DNA from: Laetmonice hystrix
Lineage: Eukaryota
DNA length: 64,000 bases
NCBI GenBank assembly: GCA_965235115.1
Contig: OZ249436.1
Location: 27,778,001 to 27,842,000 of the forward strand
Direction of reading: 5' to 3'
Shown here: positions 52,621-64,000 of the stretch, piece after piece
Layout of the letters: every line of letters begins with the position of its first letter
How positions within the stretch are numbered: position 1 is the stretch's first letter
Program-made: the position numbers and the translations under genes
The notes under the pieces: generated by a model
The model's input: only the letters and a program-made list of their open reading frames with translations
Told to the model about the DNA's origin: nothing
The model's database searches: none

Positions 52621-53607
52621 ACCCGTTACAGAACCACATTGCATTCCAAGGTAAATGTCAGTTTGCCGGAGAGTTGCAGTTTTGACAGAGAAATATGTGC
52701 TTCCTGTACGTCAGTATTGGATATAGTAGACTCCCGCTTTCCTTGAGAAGGTTGTTTTACCGTACCTTACATATACAGTGTTTCTGCAATGCTGTATAGA
52801 ATTAAACAATGACCTATCAACAGACACACCCTCAAAAAGAAAAATAGATAATCAAATAGAAACTCTGATTGCCAAGCAACAGGTAGAATCCCATTTCCCC
52901 AATATGTTTCTGTCATTTTCTCTCCTTTAATTTGACTGTCCTGTGATTCCGCCAACTGTTCCACAGTGCCGACATTACCTCTGGAGGTTATTTTTATTCA
53001 CATGGAATTTACTTAGTATCCCTTTGACATTATGAAATAGTCCTTAAACACGCTATCTGCATCATGAACAATTGACACAGATATCAAAAATCAATCTGCC
53101 AGGTCAGTGTCACACAAGGCGAATGGGTGTGCATGTCATCCACACCAGGCTTTTCGCTCAGGCTGAAACGAAGTGCAACTGGCGAAAATTATGTCATGTC
53201 ACTTCAACTTCACTTGAACCGTTACACATACAGTTCAAAACCAAAGCTAATGCAGTTATGTCAGTTCTGAACACACATATTCCTCCAATCCCACCCTGAC
53301 TGGGAGGAAAGGGGGAGTAGTCACGACCGACTGACCGACCCTAAATGTGAAAACTATTCACATCAATATGCTGGCTCACTAAACCATGGACAGCTGGCCA
53401 AGAGTTGTCTTGTAACTTCAAGAAGACAGCCTTCATCAGAGTTTTGTTTTATTGCTCTCCTCCAATATAATATTCAAAAAAATATGTATTAGACAGTTAC
53501 ACCTACAGCTCTAAAGCACCGCTAATTCAGTTGGGTTTGTCCTGGACCTACAGATTCCTTCAACCCCACCCTGACTGGGAGGACCAGGGGAGTCGACACC
53601 AGGGTTC

Positions 53608-53738
53608 AAGGTCCAGATACACAGACCAATTTACGGCCGATTTTAAGATACGGCCGATTTTTCTCCATAAGAAAACTATGGTGAAAAATCGGCCGTATCT
53701 CAAAATCGGTCGTAAATTGCTCTGTGTATCTGGGCCTT
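53608..53738. mobile_element. Palindromic MITE (fold-back, ~60-bp arms)
   Basis: aaggtccagatacacagaccaatttacggccgatttt.. pairs with ..aaaatcggtcgtaaattgctctgtgtatctgggcctt. Confidence 0.8.
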
Positions 53739-54593
53739 TATCAGCAGCAATTACACAACTCTCTGCCGACCCCCGCCAGAACCGGGCGGCGACCTCACAG
53801 TGGGCGGTCTGTGTGTGAGACCGCAAACATGCTAGTGACAAACATTTTATTGTGAAGACTATACCCATGAAAACCTATGATTGTGGCTTTCGAGAAAAAG
53901 AATTAAACAATCAGTGGTATACCCGACTCTATGCACTTTATAACAGTTGTCATCTTCATAAATCGTCATAACTAAAAAATTACTGATAAATGTATTAACA
54001 AAATTATGCAAAGTGATTAATATTCAATAGCGACACCCATCTAATGACCAAATATACGATTCCCATCTCCTTGAAACATGTAGCAAAAAACAAAAAGTAT
54101 CTTGGACCTTGGTCCTTCTGTTCTAGAAACTCAAGAAATGAGCCCTCCTCTGAGAAACTTTAACACGTCATAAGTCAGTGACATTACGTCACATGACGTA
54201 ATCAGTCAATATCTGTTCAGTTTAGATTATGAAAAAAAAAAGAGAATAGTGTAGGGGGAATGGGATAAATAGTGTAGACGAAACCCAGTAATTTCAAAAT
54301 CCCACTTCCCCCTAGGGGGGGGGGATAATAGTGTAGACGAACCCCAGTAACTTCAACCCAAAGGAGGAAATGGGATAATAATATAATATAACCTGTATAA
54401 ATAACACATACATAGTTCGGGACCAAGGCGGAGTTCATTTGCATGTGAGAAGTTTTAACTGTCCCTATCCCTGTTATAAAAAAATTAAGGAGGAAAAAAA
54501 ACAACAAACAAAAACACAGGGCGGCTCGACATTTTTTTTGGAGGGACTTCACACTCCTTGAGACGCATGCGCAACGGCACATTTCCAATCATA

Positions 54594-54880
54594 TCCGCGT
54601 GGCGGCAGCACTGTCGCCCGGTCCTCTTGGCTACACATTAGTATGACGTTAGATAGGACGACGAAATGCTAATCTGTGGCAGGATGTGTTTAGACTATTT
54701 GTTATGAAAAATAATAACTTGATAGGCTTCATCATGTCGTAGAACTCGTAAACGTACCATAATAGTTCATTGCAAATAGCACTACGGCACCTAGCGATAG
54801 ATTAGCATTTCGTCGACCTATCTAACGTCATAATAATGTGGCCCAAGGGGACCGGGTTGATAGTGCTGCCGCCACGCGGA
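54594..54880. repeat. ~90-bp imperfect inverted repeat, probably a MITE interior
   Basis: tccgcgtggcggcagcact..gacgaaatgctaatct versus agattagcatttcgtc..agtgctgccgccacgcgga. Confidence 0.75.
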
Positions 54881-55830
54881 AAAGACGGTAACAAAGTCCC
54901 TCCGAAAATTCCCTGTTTCCACATTCAGTGGAAGTATTCCCAGTCTAAGTTGTGTCAGTAAAGACCTCTGACTTCCTGTTAGAAATATCTTCAGGTATGT
55001 TCTAATGACACATAATGAGGTAGATCGTTGTAATATGATATATTTCTGTCCAGACGGACAGGACGTTTATCGATGGCAAAGTTGATGCAATTGGTTCATA
55101 TTAAAAGATAAGTACTGGAAGATTTGTACCCATGAGATAAGTACCCATATTTGGGTAAACCCTTACGGGGTGTTGTTGGCAAGTCAAGCTCAATTAGATG
55201 TAATAATATCGTTATAGTGGTGTCATGTCAGTACTTGGTGTAGATGATCAGATCTGGGGGTAATTTGGGGAGGGAGGGGGGGGGGGGGGAGCAGTGAAAG
55301 TTTAAAGAAGAGCAAAGGAAGGTGGGAAAAGATTGGATAGTCATTTTCAAGGGGGAGGATCACCTCCACCCATCTGGATCTGCCCCTGCGTGGGCATTAG
55401 GGCGCAGGGGGGGGGGTGAAGCCTATTAAATCCCACCACGCACACTTTTCATTGCGAGGTTGCCGCTCCCCTACCCCCCCCCCCCCCCCCCGGTTCCGCC
55501 GCCTATGGATAAGTCCCCACGGGCACAAACGAGACGACCAAGGTGTTTTTATATGCATCTTATGCCTGGTCTCCGGGAGCGCGAAGATGTCTATGTGTCA
55601 CCTGATAAATTTGATTTAAGAGTATAGGCTACTGGGTTTGGTGTCACCCATCAAGGCACTCATGCATCCATAGGATGTCACGTGACAAAATTTCTGCTCA
55701 GTGATTGGACCAAGTGTTCCCGACGATCGAGTCGCGTCGGGAATAGCGCGTACACTGACAACTACAATCGTAGAAGTGGTGCACACTACACGACTGTTGT
55801 TGGGCCCGATTCATTTTTTGAATCGTATAA

Positions 55831-58481
55831 AGGGCGCGGTCCACTGTCCCGATCATCGGGCCCGATCTCGACCTACGATCTGATCGGGGGCGATCGTTTG
55901 TTACCCCCGATCGATCGTTATAGTGGACGTAAGGATCGTTCCCGATGTAAGATGATCGGATCCGATGATTTCACAGGCCCGATCGCTTTAACACGGTTTA
56001 ATGTGGTCGGGGCTGATCCTGCAATCGGGCCCGATCGATGGTAGACTATAGGCCTACGTCGCTGGCTCAGTGGTCTGACGTACGGCAGGCCCGTAGCCAA
56101 TTTTCTTTTTTTTAGGGGGGGAGGGGGTGCGTATCAGGGGCGGATCTAGGATCTATATTCAGGGGGGGGGGGGTCCTAGGGGGGTCCAGCATAAAAAGGG
56201 CAAATCGAGGGGGGGGGGGGTCCGTTGTAAAAACAAAAGGCATTTTGGTTATAAAAAATTAAATTTGGCAAATTTGAGGGGGGGGGGGGGGGGAGGTCCG
56301 GACCATTCGGGACTCCCTTGGGCATATGACGTCACTTCCTGCTATTCGAATATACCTACTTTCGAAGATATGGCCGAGGGAATCCCGAATGGGTCCGGAC
56401 GTCGCCGACACCCCACCCCCCCCCCCCCTGGATCCGCCACTGCGTATTATGGAGAAGAAGGGGTATTTTTGCCATCGGTTTTCTCTGTCTAGGTGGCCTA
56501 ATTTGGGCGGTAAAGGTGCTTACCAACGTCGCCAAAACAATGGGGAAGGGAGGGAGCAAGAGGTTCGCAAACGAAAACCAAGGCCCTCTTCGCGGCGTAT
56601 GCCTGCAGAGGGCCTTGATGATCAAGGCTGAATCATAGCCTACCCAGCTTCGAACTTTCTAAGTATAGGGCAGTCAGGGGCGGATTCAGGATTTTGGGGA
56701 AGCCCCCCCCCCCCCCGATGCGAGTGCCGAAGACGCGAAGCATTGAGTGGGGGAGAGGGGTCTGAAAAAAAAGAAAGAAAATTAAAGTGCCGCGTTTCCC
56801 TGGAATCTGAGAACGAAATGCAAGGTGTTATCTTAGTTAGGCCGAGGGCCTATAGCTGAAAAAAAGTTTTTTAATGAACAGGGGAGCGTGCTGTCACCCC
56901 CTCCCGCTAAATGCGCCCGGTAAAAATCTGTTGAAGACGTTTTTTGCACGTAATAGAACATGCAAGCAGCATTTATCTTATATGTATTTATATGAGAATC
57001 AGTGGCCGATCCAGTGGGTGGTGGAGGGGTTGCAAGCCCCCCCCCCCCCCCCCATGACGTAAGGTTCAAACCAAGCATAGAGTCTACACCCCTTCTTGGC
57101 AGTCACAACCCTCCCCCCCCCCCCCCCCCCAATTTGGAGCCAACCTGGATCCGTCCCTGCATGGGATTTGAAATACTCTGCAACCCTAACGACTGAGGAG
57201 GCCCGTTGGAGGGCCAAAGGGGGGCCGACAGGAAGCCCGGCGTCGGGGGTCGGAGGGAAGGTGAACATGCAGCGCAAACATACGCAGGGGTCTCGGGGAC
57301 CTCCCCCAGAAATTTTTTGATTTTAGAAGGCAATCCCCCTGCTATTTTCTGGCATTTGGAGATATATAAATCGTGAAGTTTCTCACAACATTTCGGCCTA
57401 TAGCTAGCAGGGGCGGATCCAGCTTTTTCAAGTAGGGGGGGGGGGGTTCTAGGGGCGCAGGCGCGACTGTACGACCGCCGAAGTCGCAAAGTCTGCGAGC
57501 GGCGATGGCGCGAATCCTTGCTAGGGGGGTCCGGGGGCATACCCCCGGAAAATGTTGAAATTCAAGGGGTAATTTGGTGAAATCTGATGCATTTTGGAGC
57601 ACAAAATAAGCTCTTCAATGACCAGTGTCCGAAGTCATGATCGGCAGGAAGGGCGGCATAAAATTTTAGGGGGGGGGGGGCAATAACATGTGCAGTGAGA
57701 CCCCAGAAATTTTTTTTATTCAGAAGGCCAAAAAAAACGCGATTTCCTGGCATCTGGGGATAGAATTTTTGAAGTTCCTCAAAGCATAATTTAGAGGTCT
57801 GAGCCTAGCTTACCAATAACATGGGGGAGGGGGGTTCTGGGGGTCCTTGCCAGGACATTGTTAAATTTAGAAAACATAAAAATGCTATTCCTGGCATCGG
57901 GAGATTTTGAACTTTTCATAGGGGGGACTATGGGTCGGGGGCTTATTCGAACACCCCGAACACCCCCTGGTTACGGGCCTGACTGTCAGATCCCCCTCTC
58001 AGGGGGGAATATGGGTCCAGGGGGTGGTTCGGTCGAACACCCCGAACACTCTCTACGGGCCTGCTATCACGTACACTATAGGAGGCTTTTTAAAAGCATT
58101 TTGTTGTAATCATGGTTTCAGGGTCCGAATAATGCATCTTCATAAAAAAGGGGGAGGGAAAGGAAAATTTAAGGGGGGCCGGGCCCCTTGACCACCCTGG
58201 ATCCCCCAGTGAACTATGATCATATTTATCATATATTTTAGGCCTTTACTGCCATGGCTTTAGAATAGGCAATAGTCTATGTTTTTGGCCGATGGTTAGC
58301 CCCCCTAAAAAATTCCCGGATCCGCCCATGGATTGGTACCGATTTCAATTGGTCGGTACCGATCACTCGGGACAGTGGACGTTAGGATCGGTTTCAAGTA
58401 ATCGGGTACGATTTGGGGGCCGATTTTGCAGTGATCGGTGCCGATCCGATCGGGCACGATCGGGACAGTGGACCGCGCCCT
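55831..58481. mobile_element. Harbinger-like MITE stretched by stacked nested poly-G MITEs
   Basis: TIR agggcgcggtccactgtcccgatc / gatcgggacagtggaccgcgccct flanked by TAA/TTA. It lies inside an outer pair ggtgcacactacacga (55777) / tcgtgtagtgtgcacc (58617). Confidence 0.7.
56135..56442. mobile_element. Poly-G MITE, 5-bp TSD
   Basis: caggggcggatc / gatccgccactg flanked by cgtat on both sides. Confidence 0.75.
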
Positions 58482-58899
58482 TTAAGACTGCGGGTCGCCG
58501 ACTCGAAACCCGTCGTAACTCGTCTTATCTAGTCAGCAATTACATGCACACTACACGACTTTCAGTCGGCGATTGCTAAGACTGCCGATCGCCAACTGGA
58601 ATCGTGTAGTGTGCACCGGGTTTTATCGGTGTATTCCCTTTTCACAGCTAGCCTGCAGTGGTAACACGACTCGAATCTACACCAACAGCAGGAACAATCG
58701 CATCCAACGCAGCATCCGTACAATCCTATCTGTTTAAATACAATTTTGGTCTACTTTCCCCATCCCATTGGGACCATGACGAGTTTACCGAGAAAGTATT
58801 TTAAGCAGGCGCCCAAGGAAACATCCCGAAAGAATATCGTGAATTGACTCATTCCATCGAGATAGCAAGACGACCGGATGGTCTGAGGCAAGTCGGCAT

Positions 58900-60760
58900 C
58901 CAATCGTCTGCCCCCGAGGTCTCATTGAGAACATTTTACTCCATCTTTTCCATTATTGGTCTTGTACGATCTGCAAGTAGATGATCTGGTTTAAGCAGGG
59001 CCCTTGGAGTATTTAAAGGCCAGATGTTCATATAGAAAGCCCAGTGTATTTAAGATGGTTCAAGATTTTCGGCACATAACTTACGAGTTGTTAAAATCTC
59101 AAGCACAAGATGCAGACCATGTGTAAGATACCTGAGTTGCCGTTATACAGTCCCTTCATTTTTTACATTTTATTGTGGAAACGTGACGCCAAAATGCCAG
59201 TTTTATGACAGTGCCAAACCGCACATTATGTTCACATTCCAGGATATTGTCATGGTGGCAATAAGAATGATTGAAAGCCATCATCAGGCATGGACGAATC
59301 GGATTTTGAAGCAGAGAAAATTAAAGCAATTAACCGGCATAAAGAGTGCAAACGATCCAGCGTCAAAGTTTTAAAATCTTTTGGTACAAAAGAACTTGAG
59401 GCGACACTTTTATCTCCTCTTTAGGGTTCCCTCAAAAGATGAAAAAGTATTCCCCATATAATACTCTGTCGTCCATCAAAGTTTAAATAGGATAAATCAA
59501 ATTTCTGAAAACATCATAAAACATTTATGATTCGCCTAAACGATTTGGTGAATCTCTTAAAGAATCTACTTTATATGGCTTGAAAAAGAAATTCTTGCTT
59601 GAGGCGTCATCAAACCACGACGAGGAACTTTAGCTCTTTGCATGTTGACCTTTATCTCAAACTGCAGTAACGATTCAGTGGAAAGTTTGGGGGTTTTACT
59701 GTAGGTACTGCAGTAACGATTCAGTGGAAAGTTTGGGGTTTTACTGTAAGTACTGCAGTAACGATTCAGTGGAAAGTTTGGGGGTTTTACTGTAGGTACT
59801 GCAGTAACGATTCAGTGGAAAGTTTAGGGGTTTTACTGTAGGTACTGCAGTAACGATTCAGTGGAAGGTTTGGGAGTTTTATTGTAGGTAATGTCCACTA
59901 CATTCATCCAGAAAACACACAGTCGCCAAAAGAACGTGCAGGTTTATGTCCCTGTGCGGGTTATATTTAACAAAGGCATCAGCGTTGTTGTAACCTCCTC
60001 CAAATGGGCAGGTTATCACATTGCCCGTTATTACGACCAATGCCGATGGATTTATATCATACGACCATGTTTTTGGCTTTCTGCGGTTCAGAGAATTGCG
60101 AAGCATAGTCGCTTAGCGGAATTAAGGAATGACTGTATCCGATGCGGAAATGATTTGTGCATCTTAACATCGCTCGTATATTTGCGTTCATATTCAGTAG
60201 TTTTGACACCCTGCTGACTATGTCAAACTGCTACATTGCTTTGCATTCATTAAAAAGATGGCAGTGGGGCATATGCAAACGCCTGGTTTGGAGTCTTTAC
60301 AGTGAGTGATGTAAAAAGAACGCTTTCCAATTAATGATTCATAACAAATGAATTTGCTGCTTGGCCATCCAACGTCAGCTGTAACATAATCAATTATTAA
60401 GAGCGTTTTTTTTACCGCGTAAAGATTAGCGGCATGGGAATTACGAGGACAGACTAATTTGCATAATGACGTTTGCGCCAGACGAACTGTTGAAAATTGG
60501 TCGGTTGTTCGTGGTAGTGTGAACACCTTGAGGCAAGCAGTTCCACCAAGTAGCACTTTTCATACGGTTTGCAGGATACAATGTCGGAACTACGCTGTTC
60601 TGAGCTATACGAAGCCATGTTGTCAGTAGAGTTTTCATTTTCAAATAAAATCGTGATTATGGATGCATAGTCATGCGATATTTTGGAAGTGTCATTTTGC
60701 CAGATGGGAAGATTGAAAATCTGTTCATTTTGAGGTAGAAACGAAGAAAATCGCTGTTGG
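58900..60760 (-). pseudogene. Possible fossil P-element/THAP9-like transposase
   Basis: Broken motifs in the expected order: FSIFP, LRIAQNSVVPTLYP (THAP-like), DDASSKN, ATQV, and FKY..LNQ/DHL. Many stops and frameshifts. Confidence 0.3.
59661..59889. repeat. 45-46-bp minisatellite, ~5 copies
   Basis: actgcagtaacgattcagtggaaagtttgggggttttactgtaggt starting at 59661, 59707, 59752, 59798 and 59844. Confidence 0.95.
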
Positions 60761-60773
60761 CTTCAAGCGATGA

Positions 60774-60774
<1 letters not shown>

Positions 60775-60828
<54 letters not shown>

Positions 60829-60868
60829 CTGAGAGAGAGAGACAGAGAGAGAGAGACAGAGAGAGAGA
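60775..60868. repeat. (GA)n microsatellite
   Basis: Seen directly. Confidence 0.95.
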
Positions 60869-62260
60869 ATAGGAAATTCATTTCAAACCTGGAATTGTAT
60901 GCATTTCATTGTGGTATTGAAAACAAAAAATATTGTTGACCATGAGGTTGGGAATGTGTCTGTCATGGCCTCAAGATCTGAAAACGTTTTAATGGAAAGA
61001 GTATCCCCAAATATTGAAAAAGAAGAATAACATATATTAGAAATTTTAGAAAAGAGGGGTGGCCACGTAGTTCAAAAAGTATAGGGTCATCCTTTTGCTA
61101 CGGCTACTCCCATGCTTCTATAATAAACATTTCATTTTATTTTGGGACTTATTGATTTTCATCACTTTCCGCCACGGAGAAAAGTATAATTCCACAGAGA
61201 AAAGAATATTTCCACGAAGACAAGTATATTCCGCGGAATTATACTTTCCTACACGAAGAAAAGAATATTCCGCTGAGAAAAGGCTGTCGGTTAGATGACT
61301 TTAAATAATATGTGGCCGCTCACCTAAATATGATCTGCATAGCGCTTTTCAGATATACAAAGTATGTTCCTACCTGTCCTGCCATGATAATTAGATAGGT
61401 AGATAGGTATTACGTAAAAAGATATTTTAAAACACCAAAAGTAGTATACCGGCCGCCCGTATACTACTACCAAATCATCTTTCATAGCACTAAAAGCAAA
61501 GAGTGTAAATAGATTTCGAGGTGTGTAGCTGGCACAAGTAGCCTGCAGCCAGCGTTCATCATATTTTTGTGCAGGTTTTTTTCCTGCCTTCAGCGTAGGG
61601 GATGATATCACTGCTTTCTACAAACAACCTGTGTTAATAGAATCAAGTATTTAGGATCATAAACACGTCAGTTGTGAGGAGGTAAGCATAAATCTTATGA
61701 TTCCGATCGACTCCGTATGTGAGAGATATTGTGAGGTATCGCTGCGGTGGACGAGTACCCATCCCACACGAGGATCAATGTGTTTTGTGGGCGTGCGGTA
61801 ATCCTACTATAATGAAATTCCAGATCATTATTAAACGTGATCCAGAATAGTACTATGGCTTGCCCATTTCATTCAACACTTGACTATAGTGCAGACAGTG
61901 CCCGTTATAGAACCACCACAATTTATGGCACACCAAGAACGGTTCTAGAACGCCGCCGGCGATGTCTTGGAAAGGCACACCGATTATCCATAGGTTGGCG
62001 ATATCCACGACGGCGGACAAATATTCAGGAGTCGGGACTGGTTTAGGATTAACATTATATTACGTGCCTGTGACTCTGAGATCTTAACTATACTGACACT
62101 GGCACACCACTCATACATTGAAACTATAAGGTACAAGTAAAGGTATGGATGAGCAGTAATAATCAGAAAAGTGTGTGAACATGTTTCACAATTTTCCTGT
62201 TACAGCCACTGCCGCCGATCGGATCGTATTGGGTGTGCTGCTGCCGAAACCGCCCGCGCG

Positions 62261-62291
<31 letters not shown>

Positions 62292-64000
62292 CGCTTGTGA
62301 TGATGGCACAACGTTCCCACATGCCATGATAACATTAAACCAATAATTAACCCGAGGGCTCGTTTGGAAATCGCTTCTCGACAAGACATTCCTATTACAA
62401 ATACGATGGATTAAGTTTACACTGTATCATCTCCATGTGGTGGCAAGAACCCACGGGTGACGGGTTTTGTGTATTATCATAAACCAGTCGCAGGGACAAT
62501 ATGAGAATCTGTTGAGTAACCCTGTCACGGCACGTGCAGACCATTCGCTCCCAGAGGCGTGGTTCGGGGTGATTCGGCAGAAGTGGTTGGGTTAGGGGAC
62601 AGATTGATGTAGGGGGACTATAGAACGATACGCGATGGACTCATGGCACTGTCGGTTGAGGGATCGGGTCGTGATGTATAAATTGCCTCACACTGGTCTT
62701 CAATTAATTCTATCTATTGGAACTATGAACATGACCTGCTATATCTTGTTCTCATTGTTGTATTCGGTTAGCTTGGTTAACCAATGACGCCGAGTGCAAG
62801 TTCACAAGGCCACGCGTTATTTGCTGAAGGCAATCAAATACAGCTTCAGGCGGTGGCTTGTGCTAGTGCAATAAACTCGAGAAGAGCATGCAGTCGCTCC
62901 AGTCGCAAATATAACCGTAAAACGATGATCGCTATTGGCTGGAGGATGGCAATGATAAAATCCATAACCCGATCAATAACCAAATGGTCAAAACCACTAA
63001 TTAGCGAAAGGAATGGAAAGAATCAATGTAACACTCAAGCAACACGTTAGTCGTTCCTGTTATCCATCGAGGATTGTTGTAGCCAAACCTAGTGGATGGA
63101 CTTTAGATACCGAATCAGTTGGTCAGCCTGCGTGTTTCAATCCGTAACCTAGTTTCATTGATCCGTTACAATCACGGGAAATTTTCAAGGCACTTCAGGT
63201 CGGAGAGAGAGACTCTCTTGTGCGCCTGATTACACAAAGGTCAGAGCCCTGAGGTGGCAGCCATCTTGGCTTCCCGGGGTAAGAGCATACCATGGTTCCC
63301 GTTCAATCAGAGTAGTGCACTTCGCTAAGAAGCCAAGTCAACCGGGAAAATGCCCATTTACCGTACAGGTTCTTCCTACGGTAAGGTTATGCCGACTAAA
63401 CATACCGCATACCAGGGCCCTAGCGCAGCCTAAAATTGCCAGTGGGCAGAACGAAGCGGAAGAGTACTTGTCTTGAAGGAAACATTGCAGTATCAACTGA
63501 AAAGGGCACATGCAAAGACTGTATCCCATACCGTTCTGTTATACGCATTCGGCGGAATGATATTGCACTGATCTGGACGGTCCTTTGTTTCCTAGAGGGG
63601 TGGCCTAATAAAGGGACATAATCTGTGAGACATACAGAAGGGCAGACACATTAATCTCCCTTCTATCTCATTCGTTAAGGAAAAGTTGGCCAATTTACTA
63701 TTCCTGTGTCTGGAAGCCAATGGCCGATACTTCACCCAAGCGTGCTGGAAACTGGCGTGTGGTGACGTCACGGGATGCGAAGGTTGATGCATGCTCCTCC
63801 AATCAGTGATGCATGTTCTTTTCCTGAAAAGTAATGAGAAATGTTTCCAAGACATTTAATCCGATCGGCTTTGCTGCCTGTCCAGTGCACAGGGGTTGGG
63901 TTATAAATCCTCGAGGTGGGGGGAGGGGTGCGGGCACTCGATGACCTGGCGATTTGCAAGATACACATTCCCAGTTTGTGAAACATCCTACCGAATACAG

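Noticed and set aside
52767..52985. Isolated coding exon
   Set aside because: Ends at a GTAAG, but there is no recognisable domain or in-phase partner exon.
59661..59889. CRISPR array
   Set aside because: Head-to-tail 45-46-bp units without variable spacers.
59879..60106. Macro-domain-like ORF (VITGNV..ADAFV)
   Set aside because: Short and lacks the core motifs; lies within a decayed transposase-like region.
61324..61630. Host coding exon (flanked by CAG and GTGAG on the minus strand)
   Set aside because: All three frames from the acceptor hit stops. At most a non-coding exon.

Overview
Animal (invertebrate-like) genomic DNA with spliceosomal introns and many transposons; no prokaryotic systems, CRISPR or rRNA. 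Positions 1-43 kb hold a tandem array of five minus-strand copies (A-E) of a six-exon Gfo/Idh/MocA-type NAD(P) oxidoreductase. I traced the exon boundaries by hand: 287/177/114/154/128/268 nt, giving 375 aa. B-E keep intact splice sites and exon phases; A is broken by an insertion and a 2-nt deletion. An ~8.3-kb unit is repeated three times and carries a tRNA-derived SINE and a Kolobok-like element nested in a MITE. Its breakpoint lies inside intron 5, so B and C look like chimeric genes. The most striking element is a 6.25-kb insertion in copy C with no long ORF and split direct repeats (A1-internal-B1-A2-spacer-B2). It entered a TTT site conservatively, without a target-site duplication, as Ngaro/DIRS-type tyrosine-recombinase retroelements do. 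A 767-bp solo remnant of the same family disrupts exon 3 of copy A. Positions 43-64 kb are decayed LINEs, nested MITEs, minisatellites and possible transposase fossils, with no host gene I can support. Family assignments come from recalled motifs, not database searches.
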